From the NCBI RefSeq assembly GCF_009914755.1, contig NC_060929.1: 64,000 bases of DNA, one strand, 5' to 3'. Made by a program: the position numbers and the translations under genes. The stretch comes from the human T2T-CHM13v2.0 reference genome, Homo sapiens. This document shows positions 23,618-37,456 of this stretch, piece after piece; position 1 is the stretch's first letter, and each line of letters opens with the position of its first letter. A model generated the notes under the pieces. The model did not search any database and had not been told where the DNA came from. It saw nothing but the letters and a program-made list of their open reading frames with translations.

Positions 23618-24672
23618 ACTCTGGTAAGCAGAAGGCACCCAACATTTCCCTTTACCTTATGGGGGGCTCTCGGGGAGGTGTCTGTGAAGTGGGTAACAGG
23701 CTCCAGACCCCGATCTTTTGTCCAAAGAACAGGCCTGGAATCTTGGAAACCAGCACATCCACCCTCCATGAGCTGTTGTCCTTCGGGCCAGTAGCTCAGC
23801 CTCTCTGAGCTTCAGTCTGTTCATTGTTTACAGGAATCATCTGTGCCTCACCTACCTCTCCGAGTACCCTAGAGTCAAACTTGAAAAGAGATGTACACAA
23901 GCTTTTAACAAGGAAACACAGTTGCATTCTTCACTTATGTTACTGTCCTTTAACAGAATGTTCCTAAATTGAAAGCTGCCTATGTCGTTGTGATATCTGG
24001 GACACTTTTCTGGGCCGCAGTTCACACCTGGGCCCAGGTTCTCAAAGACAAAGCTTTTGAATTCTTTTTGATTGATCTTACAAAATTTCCCCTGACAGAA
24101 AATCACATTGTGCAAAAGAGATACTTTGTGGTGAATTTGAATTTCTTTTACATGTTAAAACTGCTTACCTTTCTGAGGCTGACACAGCCTGGACGTGGGT
24201 TCTGCACTGGAGTCGTTACGTCAGCCAGGTAACAAGAATATGCCTCCCCTGGAGAAGCTGAGCCTGCCCACATCCACCCTGTGCCCGCCCACATCCACCC
24301 TGTGCCCCTCAACTCTGGTACGCCTCACCTAGAGAGGGCTTTCTGGGTCACCCTGCCTTCATCATCAGCCCAAAGCCTCTCCGGCCCTGGGGAGGGTCTG
24401 CATACGATGGTCAGAGCCGACTTCGCCATGCCCTGTCTCTTGCCAGATCTCGTTTACCCGGGCAGCACTGCCAGTTGCTTCATTCCCCGGCTTCTGTAGT
24501 GCTCAGCAATCTGTCCTTCCTCTCTGGTAAAGCCCAGATTCCCTCCCTTCCCAGCCTTATTCTAAGACAAATTTGCCTTTGGTGGCTATGCAGATGGGCA
24601 GAGCCTGCCCTGTGGGACTCTCCTTCCGGGCTTGCCACCTGAACATCATTCCTGAGATTGTCAAGAATAAAA

Positions 24673-24890
24673 ATGACCCTCCCCTCCAGTGTCTAGTGGA
24701 GGGAATGACCCACCTCTAGTGTCCAATGGAGGGGACTACCAACCCTTCTAGTGTCTAGTGGAGGGGACCACCAACCCCTCTGGTGTCTGCTGGAGGGGGA
24801 TGACCCACCTCTCTAGTGTCCATTGGAGGAGACCACCCACCTCTTCAGTGTCTGCTGGTGGTGATGACCCCACTCCTCAAGGTCTAGTGC
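24673..24890. repeat. Degenerate ~32-bp tandem repeat, ~6-7 copies
   Basis: Recurring AGTGTCTAGTGGAGGG...ACCCACCTCT variants. Confidence 0.8.
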
Positions 24891-25979
24891 AGGAGGTATA
24901 GTTTGGTGGAAACTTTTGCCTGAAGTTCTCACTTGCCTTCAGGTAGTGACATACTTCCCTGCATTCACTGGGACATCGGGGGATTGGAATGAGTTTCTGA
25001 AAGCTCTTGATCCCTAACTTTTGGTATAATAGACTGAGACAAAGGACATTTGGTGTGGGTGGTGGTGTTACAGTGGTTTGGGATTCAGGCTGTGCACACA
25101 CTGGCCCAGGTCAACTTTTGGTTTTCCCAGTGAGAGGGAGGGGAAGGCCCTGGTCCTCACCTTAATCACCTTTAGTCTTGAGTGATAATAGCTTTGCAGT
25201 GTACTTTGCAGTGTGTGGAGCACAGGAACTGCTCAATAAATGTTAGCTATCATTCTATGATTCTGAAATGAGAGAGATGGAGATTTTTCTAGAAGTAAGG
25301 AAAAAAGAATGAGTTCCAATTTTTTGTCAAATTTCTTAGGGAAAAATATTCAATGAAATTATTTTCAAGTTGTTTATACTCAAAGATATCACCAAGAAAT
25401 AGGAATTACAACTATAATATGTAGGATTTTAGCAAAACAATCATGTAATATTTTAAAGAAGTGTTTTGTAGAAGTGCCCAAATTATTAGGCAGTGAACCC
25501 TTCTGAGTTCAAGGGTTCCTGAGTTTTCTTTATGGATTGTTGAGAAAGATTAAAGAAGACCTCACTGGAACAAGCATTTAGTCAGTCTGTAGGACCACAT
25601 TGGGCATAGGAGTGAATATTCATGTGTCTGGAGGCTGGAGCATTCCATGGCAGCAACCCAGAGAATCACAGTGACCACTCATGCCTCCAAGACAAAGATA
25701 CCTTCTCCCCAAAAGACAGTATTTAAAAAGAAAAGCATAGGGAAGGGGGTTGTTTGGGAAAGTTTACAGCTAGGGTGGGAGTAATAAATACAAGGAGAGC
25801 AACAGTTCCAACAAATGAGAAAAAAAAATTAGCACAATTTCCACAAGGTACTAGGACTAACTTTCTGAAAAGAATTTAGCAAAGTGAAATTTACATAACG
25901 TAAAATCAACCATTTTAAAGTAAACAGTTCAGTGGCGGTCAGTACATTCACAATGTTAGGCAACCACCACCTCTTTCTA

Positions 25980-26395
25980 GCTCCAGACCATTTTCCTTAT
26001 TCCAAAGTCAAACCCCTTACCTGTCATTCAGGCTCCAGATGATTTTCCTCATTCCAAAGTCAAAACCCCTTACCTGTCATTCAGGCTTCAGATCGTTTTC
26101 CTCATTCCAAAGTCAAAACCCCTTACCTGCCATTCAGGCTCCAGATCGTTTTCCTCATTCCAAAGTCCAAACCCCTTACCTGCCATTCAGGCTCCAGATG
26201 ATTTTCCTCATTCCGAAGTCAAAACCCCTTACCTGTCATTCAGGCTCCAGATCGTTTTCCTCATTCCAAAGTCAAAACCCCTTACCTGTCATTCAGGCTC
26301 CAGATCGTTTTCCTCATTCCGAAGTCAAAACCCCTTACCTGTCATTCAGGCTCCAGATCGTTTTCCTCATTCCAAAGTCAAAACCCCTTACCTAT
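25980..26395. repeat. 53-bp minisatellite, ~8 copies, inside the L1 3' UTR
   Basis: Unit GCTCCAGATCGTTTTCCTCATTCCAAAGTCAAAACCCCTTACCTGTCATTCAG. Confidence 0.95.
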
Positions 26396-27377
26396 CAAGC
26401 TGTTTGTCCACATTCCGTCCTCCCCAGCCCCAGGCAACTCATCTGCTTTCTGTCTCTATGGATTTATCTATTCCGGACATTTCATATCAACGGAATCGCA
26501 CAATATATAGGGTTGTGTGTCTGGTTTCTTTCACTTAGCACGACGTTTGTGAACCTCATCTGTTGCACCATGTGTCGGTATTTCGTATCTTTTCATGGCT
26601 GTATAACTCTCCGCTGTGTGGATAGACCACAGTTGTCCATTCATCTGTTGATGGACATTTGGACTTTTTCTTTTGGCTTTTGTGGATAGTGCTGCTGTGA
26701 ACATGTGTTTACAAGTTTTGTGTGTGTATGTATATTTGCATTTCTCTTGCAGATATACCTCAGAATGGAATTTCAAGATTCTGTCACAGTTCTGTGTAAC
26801 TTTTTGACAGACCACCAGACTCGCTCCATAGCAGCTGCACCATTTCCATTCCCACCAGCAAGTGCACAGGTGCAATTTCCCCACATCCGCACCAACACTT
26901 GTTCTTTTATATTTTTTACATTATTATTATGGCCATCCTGGTAGGTCTGAACCATTATCTCAGTGTAGTTTTAATTTTCATTATATCTATATATCTTTTG
27001 ATCCATTATCTATTATTATTCAGTTTATCTATATTTTCTTTTGTTGCTCATGCTTTCAGTGACATATTTAAGAATCCATTGCCACATGCAAAGGCATGAA
27101 GGTTTACCCCAATGTTTTCTTCTAAGAATTTTATGGTTTTAGGTCTTGTGTTTAGGTTGCTGATCCATTTTTAGTTAACTTTTGTATGTGGTGTGGGGTA
27201 GGGGTCTAACTTCATTCTTCTGTATGTGGTTATTCAGTTGTGTCAGCATTCATTCGTTGAATGAATTATTTTTTCCCCATTTTCAGCCAGGGTCTTTGAA
27301 CCCTGGGTTTGTTTCCAGACCTCAATTCTATACCCTCAATGTCAATTCTTCTTTTGTCAGTACCACATTGTTTACTG

Positions 27378-27729
<352 letters not shown>

Positions 27730-27831
27730 GATTACTGTAGCTTTGTAATAAGTTTTGAAATCAGGAAGTCTGAGTATTCCAACTTGAATTTTCCTTTTTT
27801 TTTTTTTTTTTTTCAAAAAAAATTTTTTGGG

Positions 27832-28207
<376 letters not shown>

Positions 28208-29285
28208 TCATCTTTTTCATTTCTGCAAGAAAGACCGTTGCAGTTTTGATAGGGATTGCACTGAATTTATAGATCACTTTAGGTAGTGTGGACGTCTTAC
28301 ATGTTAAGCCTCCCAATTCATGAACACACAATGTCTTCCATTTACTTGTGTTTTCTTTAATTTCTTCAGCAATGTTTTGTAGTTTTCAGCAAGCAAGTCT
28401 TTTACCTTTACGTTTAAATTTATTCCTAGGTATTTAATTCTTTTAGATGCTATTGTGAATGGAATCATTTTCTTAATTTCCTTTTCAAAGTATTCATTGC
28501 TGGTGTATAGAAACATAACTAATTTTTGTGTGTTGTTCTTGTACCCTGCAACTTGGCAGAATTTATTTATTAGCCATCTAGCTTTTTGTGGATGTTTTAT
28601 ATTGAGGATTGTGTCATCTGAACACAGAAATGGTTTTCCTTCTTCCTTTCCAATTTGGATGCCTTTTATTTCTTTTTCTTGTTTGGTTACTCAGACTAAA
28701 ACTTTCAGGACAATGTTGAATAGAGGTGTAGAAAGCAGGCATCCCTATTTTGTTCTTAATCTTGGGGAAAACTTTGAGTTTTTCACCATTGAGTATATTA
28801 GCTGTGTGTTTTTCATAAATACCTTTTATCATATGGAGGAAGTTTCTTTCTATTCTTGGTTTTCTGGGTCTGTTATCATGAAAGGGTGTTGGAGTTTGTC
28901 AGATGCCTGTTCTGTGTCACTTGAGATGATCATGTGAGCTTTTTCCTTTGTTCTGTTAATGTGGTGTATTACATTGATTGGTTTTCTTACGTTGAAGAAC
29001 GCTTGCATTCCAGGAATAATTACCACTTGGTCACAGTGAATAATCCTTTTAATATGCTGTTAGATTTGGTTTACTAGTGTTTTGTGGAAGATTTAGAACT
29101 AATTTTTTGACTCTGCTCTTAAATCTCATTACGTTATATGAAAATATATCTTAAAAATGTAAATTTTGAAATAAGAAATGACCTCTTTGAGAAACAAGTT
29201 TGTGCCAAAGGCCAAAATATAAAATTACTAGAAAGTCTGCAGAAGTTAGTAAAACTAATGCATAAGACTTCAAAATGTAGGTAAC

Positions 29286-31240
29286 TGGAAAAAGGTCTGT
29301 AGGGGAAAGACTGTTGTGAGGTTAATCCATATAAAGCCCTGGAAAAAGCCTGTAGGGGAGAGACTGTTGTGAGGTAAATCCATATAAAGCCCTGGAAAAA
29401 GCCTGTAGGGGAGAGACTGTTGTGAGGTAAATCCATATAAAGCCCTGGAAAAAGCCTGTAGGGGAGAGACTGTTGTGAGGTAAATCCATATAAAGCCCTG
29501 GAAAAAGCCTGTAGGGGAGAGACTGTTGTGAGGTTAATCCATATAAAGCCCTGGAAAAAGCCTGTAGGGGAGAGACTGTTGTGAGGTTAATCCATATAAA
29601 GCCCTGGAAAAAGCCTGTAGGGGAGAGACTGTTGTGAGGTTAATCCATATAAAGCCCTGGAAAAAGCCTGTAGGGGAGAGACTGTTGTGAGGTTAATCCA
29701 TATAAAGCCCTGGAAAAAGCCTGTAGGGGAGAGACTGTTGTGAGGTTAATCCATATAAAGCCCTGGGAAAAGTCTGTAGGGGAGAGACTGTTGTGAGGTA
29801 AATCCATATAAAGCCCTGGAAAAAGTCTGTAGGGGAGAGACTGTTGTGAGGTTAATCCATATAAAGCCCTGGAAAAAGTCTGTAGGGGAGAGACTGTTGT
29901 GAGGTAAATCCATATAAAGCCCTGGAAAAAGTCTGTAGGGGAGAGACTGTTGTGAGGTAAATCCATATAAAGCCCTGGAAAAAGTCTGTAGGGGAGAGAC
30001 TGTTGTGAGGTTAATCCATATAAAGCCCTGGAAAAAGTCTGTAGGGGAGAGACTGTTGTGAGGTAAATCCATATAAAGCCCTGGAAAAAGTCTGTAGGGG
30101 AGAGACTGTTGTGAGGTTAATCCATATAAAGCCCTGGAAAAAGTCTATAGGGGAGAGATTGTTGTGAGGTTAATCCATATAAAGCTCTGGAAAAAGTCTG
30201 TAGGGGAGAGACTGTTGTGAGGTTAATCCATATAAAGCCCTGGAAAAAGTCTGTAGGGGAGACTGTTGTGAGGTAAATCCATATAAAGCCCTGGGAAAAG
30301 CCTGTAGGGGAGAGACTGTTGTGAGGTTAATCCATATAAAGCCCTGGAAAAAGCCTGTAGGGGAGAGACTGTTGTGAGGTTAATCCATATAAAGCCCTGG
30401 AAAAAGCCTGTAGGGGAGAGACTGTTGTGAGGTAAATCCATATAAAGCCCGGGGAAAAGCCTGTAGGGGAGAGACTGTTGTGAGGTAAATCCATATAAAG
30501 CCCTGGGAAAAGCCTGTAGGGGAGAGACTGTTGTGAGGTTAATCCATATAAAGCTCTGGAAAAAGTCTGTAGGGGAGAGACTGTTGTGAGGTAAATCCAT
30601 ATAAAGCCCTGGGAAAAGTCTGTAGGGGAGAGACTGTTGTGAGGTTAATCCATATAAAGCTCTGGAAAAAGCCTGTAGGGGAGAGACTGTTGTGAGGTAA
30701 ATCCATATAAAGCCCTGGAAAAAGCCTGTAGGGGAGAGACTGTTGTGAGGTTAATCCATATAAAGCCCTGGAAAAAGCCTGTAGGGGAGAGACTGTTGTG
30801 AGGTTAATCCATATAAAGCCCTGGAGAAAGTCTATAGGGGAGAGACTGTTGTGAGGTTAATCCATATAAAGCCCTGGAAAAAGTCTGTAGGGGAGAGACT
30901 GTTGTGAGGTAAATCCATATAAAGCCCTGGAAAAAGTCTATAGGGGAGAGACTGTTGTGAGGTTAATCCATATAAAGCCCTGGAGAAAGTCTATAGGGGA
31001 GAGACTGTTGTGAGGTTAATCCATATAAAGCCCTGGAAAAAGTCTGTAGGGGAGAGACTGTTGTGAGGTAAATCCATATAAAGCCCTGGAAAAAGTCTAT
31101 AGGGGAGAGACTGTTGTGAGGTTAATCCATATAAAGCCCTGGAAAAAGCCTGTAGGGGAGAGACTGCTGTGAGGTTAATCCATATAAATCCCTGGAAGAA
31201 GTAGTAGGGAAAGACTGTTGTGAGATTAATCCATATAAAA
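29286..31240. repeat. 53-bp minisatellite (VNTR), 37 copies
   Basis: Unit GCCCTGGAAAAAG(C/T)CTGTAGGGGAGAGACTGTTGTGAGGT(T/A)AATCCATATAAA; one unit near 30260 has a 2-bp deletion. Confidence 0.98.
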
Positions 31241-31324
31241 CCCTCTAGTAGTGCCTGACATATACTAGAACTCACATCAGTTTCTGTCATTTTATTATTG
31301 TTATGAGTATAATTAAGCTTTTTT

Positions 31325-31536
31325 TTTTAGGATTTGACTATATTTTGTAAATGGAAGTACTGCTACCAAAACCAGAATGCTATAAATAGAATGATGTCTT
31401 TTGTTTCCAAAGTTGACCTACTAGAGCAATGTAAATAAAAATAATAATAAAAGCAAGATATTTTGGTGGGAAAGTTATCTCAGGGTAAACACTGCAACCG
31501 CCAGTGCTGTGGGTGAGTATTCTCAGGGCAAATGGG
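31325..31536 (-). mobile_element. MER75-like piggyBac non-autonomous element (one end only)
   Basis: Reverse complement reads CCCATTTGCCCTGAGAATACTC...CTTTGGAAACAAAAGACATCATTCTATTTATAGCATTCTG as in MER75. It ends GGG followed by TTAA at 31537-31540. Confidence 0.75.
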
Positions 31537-31764
31537 TTAAAAGTGTGTGGCACCTGCCCCGTCTCTGCCCGTGCTTCCGCCTGTAAGACACGAGTTCCCC
31601 TTTGCCTTCTTCCATGAGTCAAAGCTCCCTGAAGCCTCCCCAGAGGCAGAGGCTGCCGTGCTTCCTGTATGGCCTGCAGAACGCTGAGCCAATTAAGCAT
31701 CTTTTCTTTATAAATTATCTAGTCTCGAGTATCTCTTTATAGCAGTGTGAGAACAGACTAATAC
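31537..31764 (+). mobile_element. MST-type ERVL-MaLR LTR, 3' half
   Basis: AAAAGTGTGTGGCACC...GAGCCAATTAAGCATCTTTTCTTTATAAATTA...AGAACAGACTAATACA is a typical MST/THE1 3' terminus. Confidence 0.85.
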
Positions 31765-32584
31765 AGACAGCACCAACACTAACACTAGCACTAACACTCC
31801 ACCAATGGCTTGGGCCCCCTTGGAACTCCTAGGGTGCTCACGGATTTGGGGCCCTGCCTGGGCGACATCTGTGTGACACGTGGCTTTTTTCTGCTGAGTC
31901 TGATGCTGGCTGTGTCTGACCCTCGGGTCTTGGAGCCGGTGGTTATGGTAAGCAAATCTGTTAGAGGCTTCTTGCTAGCACATCTGGCTGAGGCTCCGGG
32001 TGAGGCATCAGGAAGTTTGCACCCCTCCATTGCAGAGTTACCGCTCTGTTCCCTCCCTGGGCCCGATCCTTCCCTGGCCCAGGACAGGAGCCTTGCCCTG
32101 GGATGGCTGCAGTGTTGTCTGTCTTCAACCTTGTGAACTTGCAGCCAGTGCATGGGGTGGGGACAGACAACACTTGCTGTGTGTGAAGTCAGATGTTCCC
32201 ACCCAGGTCCCATCGCTCCCACCAGGTGCATCCTGTGAAGTTCAGTGCTGTTGTGAGTGGGTTTTCCCGGGTGCTTTATTCTCATTTTTCCTTTCCCATC
32301 TTTGTTCCTGGGCTGACACAGTTTTCAGGGCTCATTTTATTTTTTCTGCTTGGATTCAAACACTGAGAAATTGAGGAGGGGGTATAGTGACCCCCACTCT
32401 GGGAGAAGAGGAGATTCAACCCTGCAATGATCAGAGAATGCACCGCACGCAGCGGTTTCCCCAGTTTTCCCTGCATTTGTCTTTACACAGCTGTGTACAT
32501 TGCCCCACCCTCGACTCTGGATATACTGCCATTTTCTGGATATACTGCCACTTTGCAGAATTCCTGCCAGATCCTTTTCTATTC

Positions 32585-32992
32585 CTTCTTAAAAATTGAT
32601 GTGTGATAGTTGTACATATTTTGGGGTACATGTGATATTTTGATACATCTATACAAAGTGCTGTGATCAGATCAGGGTAGTTGGGATATTCATCACCTCA
32701 AACATTTTTCTTTTGTGTTGGGAACATAATGATTCTCTTCTAGCTATATACAGTAATCTATACAACAAATTATTAACTGTAATTTGCCTACTGTGTTGTA
32801 GACTACTAGAACTTATTCCTTCTATCTGACTGTATTTTTGTACCTCTTAACTAACTTCTTTCCTGTCTTCCTTTCCTTCCCCAGCCTCTGGTAACCACTA
32901 GTCTACTCTCTACCTTCATGAGATCCACTTTTTAGCTCCCACGTGTGAGTGAAAACTTAGAAGTTTGTGTTTCTGTGCCTGGCTTATTTCAC
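32585..32992 (-). mobile_element. L1MA-type 3' UTR fragment
   Basis: GTTGTACATATTTTGGGGTACATGTGATATTTTGATAC...TGTGCCTGGCTTATTTCAC. Confidence 0.85.
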
Positions 32993-33325
32993 CAAACCAC
33001 AGCCCAGTCCCAGCACCGATATTCCTAAACAACCTCAGCCCAGTCCCAGCACCGATTCCTAAACAACCTCAGCCAGTCCCAGCACCGATTCCTAAACAAC
33101 CACAGCCAGTCCCAGCACCGATTCCTAAACAACCTCAGCCAGTCCCAGCACCGATTCCTAAACAACCACAGCCAGTCCCAGCACCGATTCCTAAACAACC
33201 TCAGCCAGTCCCAGCACCGATTCCTAAACAACCTCAGCCCAGTCCCAGCACCGATTCCTAAACAACCTCAGCCCAGTCCCAGCACCGATTCCTAGACAAC
33301 CTCAGCCCAGTCCCAGCACTGACTC
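32993..33325. repeat. 33/34-bp minisatellite, ~10 copies
   Basis: CCTCAGCC(C)AGTCCCAGCACCGATTCCTAAACAA; source of the PVPAPIPKQPQ ORF. Confidence 0.95.
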
Positions 33326-33917
33326 ACTCACAGATGTGCATGTGCCAGTAACTTAATTGCCAGAAAAAACTCAACACTCTTAAGACGACAAAATCCAGCT
33401 CTTAACATGCAGTATCCACCGTATCCAGCATATAATAAACATTTTTCTAAAATACGGATCCTTCAAGGAAGAAAATTATTATAAAGGGGTATAAATGTTC
33501 CAATATTAATTAAGTTGACAACCAGTAACCCAATTTAAAGTGGTATTAAAATAATTTTCTTCATCGCAATAGATAATAAAGCTGATTTTTTTTACACAAT
33601 TTTGAAAAGAGGAAGAGGGCTGTATTAATCACCGTACAGTATACAAGGTAATTTTGATAATCATTTTTCTGGTGAACAAGGCCCCATGGCGGCCTTGCCT
33701 GGCCTCAGGCAGAGTCTCTGATAAGTTGTTTGACATCCTTTGAGCTGCATTTCAACCACCATTGCCGCTCAACTCAGATTAAAAGCTGAAAGATGCTTTA
33801 GGAAAAGCACAACAATCATGCGTAATTTAAATCATATCTGTGGTTTTTCACTAACACCATAAATTACAACCTTCCTGCTGTAAGACTTCAAATCAGAACA
33901 AGGTGCCAGCTCCCTCC

Positions 33918-34197
33918 ATGGTGGAGAAACACTGCACAGGGGGTGAGGGCTGTTCCAGTTCTGGTGTTCCCGTCCTGAAGGTGGAGAAACACTCCACAGT
34001 GGGTGAGGGCTGTTCTGGTTCTGGTGTTCCCATCCTGAAGGTGGAAAAACAGTGCACAGTGGGTGAGGGCTGTTCTGGTTCTGGTGTTCCCGTCCTGAAG
34101 GTGGAGAAACACTCCACAGTGGGTGAGGGCTGTTCTGGTTTTGGTGTTCCCGTCCTGAAGGTGGAGAAACACTCCGCAGTGGGTGAGGGCTGTTCTG
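33918..34197. repeat. 60-bp tandem repeat, ~4.7 copies
   Basis: Consecutive 60-nt lines 33961-34200 are nearly identical. Confidence 0.95.
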
Positions 34198-37100
34198 GGT
34201 TCTCATGCTCCTGTCTTGAAGACTTCTCCATGAGGCTGATTCCCGTCATGGCTGTGGATTCACAGCTGTGGCTGGGGGCCCTGCTCAGAAGCTGCTTTGG
34301 AAGGGTGTTAGGTGAAATTTCAAATCCAGTTATGCAAATACACAGTATAGCTCCACTTACCACTTTTGTACCTACTCCTATTTATATTGTTAAATGGAAT
34401 CTGAAGGTGTTTGAAAGAAACCATATTGATGATTTACGTGGAATCTGCTGTCAGATCTACAATTTAGAAAAATTAGTTTCAATCATCTTGTCAATGGTAT
34501 CATCCAGAATTAGTTATTTCTCTTTGGAAACATGCATGGCAGTGGTTTGGGGAGGCCAGGTGTACTGTTTAAAACAGGATCCCAGACAGACCTGGCAAAG
34601 CAGCTGGCCTCAGACAAAAGGGAATTCGCTTTTCGTTTGAAGTTGGTTTATTCTGGTTTCATTCAGCCGTGCTGCTAGCAGCAAAGCCAGCAGACCCTTG
34701 GAGGAACAAGAATGCATTTTTCCCTTTGAGACCTGAGAAGCTGTACATCTAATTAAGCCGACACATTTTGAGGACTTTTTTTTTCTACCTAATGGTTTTC
34801 AAGACGACGTAAGCAGGAAAGAATGGTTGTTATCAACTGCTCTCCTGCAGAACTGTAACATACGGCAGCTGTAGAAGCTGGGGGGGCCCATGAGCCGAGC
34901 ACGCACCCGCCGCCTCTCTGTCCTGCTCTGTCGTGGGACCAGGTATTGATGGAAGGCAGCAATTTCCCTAATTGGACGCAATGGTAGAAAAGTTAGATTT
35001 GGTATAATTAAGACTATAGGAAATTTTCTTTTAGATTGGTGTAATCTTTTCTGCCTAGCCATAGTTTGGAATGAACAAACCCTTACTTCCAGCTAAGGTC
35101 ATATTCAGCATAAAGAACCCAGCTCAGGACTGATTGTGGTTAACATCAGTCTTGCACACTTTTTGTTGAGGGCCTTCACCACTGTAAAAATTCTGAGGAC
35201 CCTTGTTTTGAGTGTGAAAGAACTGGGCATAGCATATTGTGGTTCTCCTCCTAGTTATTTTCAGTTCCTTGAGGAAAGCACGAGTACTGCTGCTCCAGGA
35301 AAGGCATCTGGGCAGGTTGGAGTCTGTCTCCGGGGGCCTGACAGCTCCCCCATCCAGCCCTTTGTTTTGCAGAAGAAGGTTCCAGTCCTCAGATTAAAAT
35401 TTTACTGTTTAGATTTCATGATAGAAATTACCTTCCTAAATGCAGAGTTATATTAAAATACTTGCATATTTATTTATTTCAAGGTATTTTGTTCTTAGTT
35501 TGGCAGAAAAATCTGCCAACAGTACTTGGTGGCCGATTTAACGAACATGTAGAACTGCACTTTGTAATTGTCCACAGCGTGCTCACATTTCAAAACCTGA
35601 AACAAATTTCAGTTAGAGGTTTTTGTCAGGACCCCACTCTGCAAGCTCCATGCATTGCTGAATTTACGAGTGGCTCCCCCTGCAGCAGGGTGAGGGCTGA
35701 GAGCAGACGTAGGTGTTGACGTGAGAGCCGGAGCCCAGGGTGGCTGCACAGGCAGGGACAGGAGGAGTGTAGCTGCAGTTTCTGAGTTCTGTGTGCACGT
35801 GTGTGCCCACAGGGATATTGAGGTGCCACGTGCAGCTTCTGTGTGTGTGTGTGCACGTGTGTGTGGTGAGAGATGAGGTGCAGGGCGCAGTTCTCGTGTA
35901 TGTACGTGTGTGTGCACGCACGCAGGTGTCTAGGTACTGTATGTGTGCCCACATGTGGAGACTCATATGCAGGATGCAGTTCTTATCCGATTCTTTTCCC
36001 GGCAAGGCCTGCTCAGTGCAGACATGGGAAGAGGCTGGAATCTGCAGCTTCAGGGGCTGCCCCAGCAGGACTTGTGGATGTAGACCCACCTCTCTCGGGC
36101 TTTAGGGTTAGGCATAATGGCTCATTATTAATGCTCAGCCAACTGTAAAGCTGCTCCAGGTCCTGCCCATCTCTGCCTGCTGGAGGAGGTGCCAGCCCTG
36201 CTGAGGCGGCCACATGTACCCATCAGTCACAGCCCCTGGGGCTCACTGGACAGGGCCTACTTGATGTTTGCTGTCAGGGACCCTGGACCCCAGAGACCCC
36301 ATGCTTGGCCCTTCTGGGATCCACTGCTCTCCTCTGCTCTGGGCCCCATCCTGGGCACCCAGGCCCTGGCTCCACCCTGTCCTGCCATTGTAAGTTGCAC
36401 GACGTTGCCCCTGAGGCCTCCAGCAAGCCTGGACAGCCCTGGCCTTCCTAGGAGGAAGAAGGGGCTGCTAGGCCTGAAGGTTCACCTGGGAGAGTCTTGG
36501 GTGCTCCCTTACCCATCTGCTCATGCAGCGAGACCTTCTTACCCTCAGGTGCTGCTCAGATGCCTCTTCTTCCGGGAAGCTGGCCTAGACTCAGGGCGCT
36601 GCTGAGGGCTCACTCTGGTATCCCACCTGCCCATCCCCGCCCTGGGTCTGGCCTCACCCTGAACTGTGAGTCCCTGGAGGACGGGGGTTGCCCTGGGCTG
36701 GGGCTTGGTAGGCATGTGTCAGTGAGGAGGGGAACTGAGCCAAGGCTTTCTCTGCACTTGCCCTGGTGTGGCCAGGAGCTCTGGCTGGACCTCGGTGGGG
36801 CTCATCAGAGAGCAGCTAGCATCACCACCTGGCCCACTAGCTCCCAATGCAGTGATCCGGGTGGGGCTGGGGCACCAGCTTGGGTCCAGGTGTGCCAGGT
36901 TTGTATACCTGGGCTTCAGGGATATAGGAATTAGAGTGTGGTGGAGTGGAGCAGCACCTTTCTGGCACAGTAACCACATAGGCTCAGGGAATTAGAAGAG
37001 AGGAGGCCTCGAAACAGAGACTACCAGCTTGACCCCAGACTCTGGAGCACCCAGCCATCCCCTGCCACCAGGTCCTGCGTCTCCAGTGGGCTTCCCTTGT

Positions 37101-37456
37101 GGATTGGGTTGGTTATGGGAATCGGAAAACCATTTCAGGGGAGTAAGACATTTGCTGGGTGAAGCTTTTCACCAGGACCTGGGAATCTCTCTAAATCTAC
37201 TCAGGTGATAAAGTCAGTGCATTAGGAACCAGGGATGATGTGGCTTTTGGTGATTGCTGAACTCTTCAAAGAACGTAGAACAGAAACCCAGAGAGGCAAG
37301 GCACACTCCCTTCCTTCCCCCTTGCCGTCCTTCCTTCCTGGCACCCTGTTGTACCAACTTCGGGCCAACAGAACTTTTAGCCTTAGAAGCGTCTTCAGCA
37401 TCTCCAGCGGAGAGGGTCAAGAATCCAAAATACACAGAAGCCTGAGTGGAAAGCAG

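Noticed and set aside
29286-31240. CRISPR-like regularly spaced repeats (here and in the other arrays)
   Set aside because: Units are head-to-tail with no unique spacers, there are no cas genes, and the context is primate DNA.
33903-34640. 245-aa ORF in intron 1
   Set aside because: The first ~95 codons are the 60-bp repeat, it has a non-ATG start, and the remainder shows no recognisable homology.
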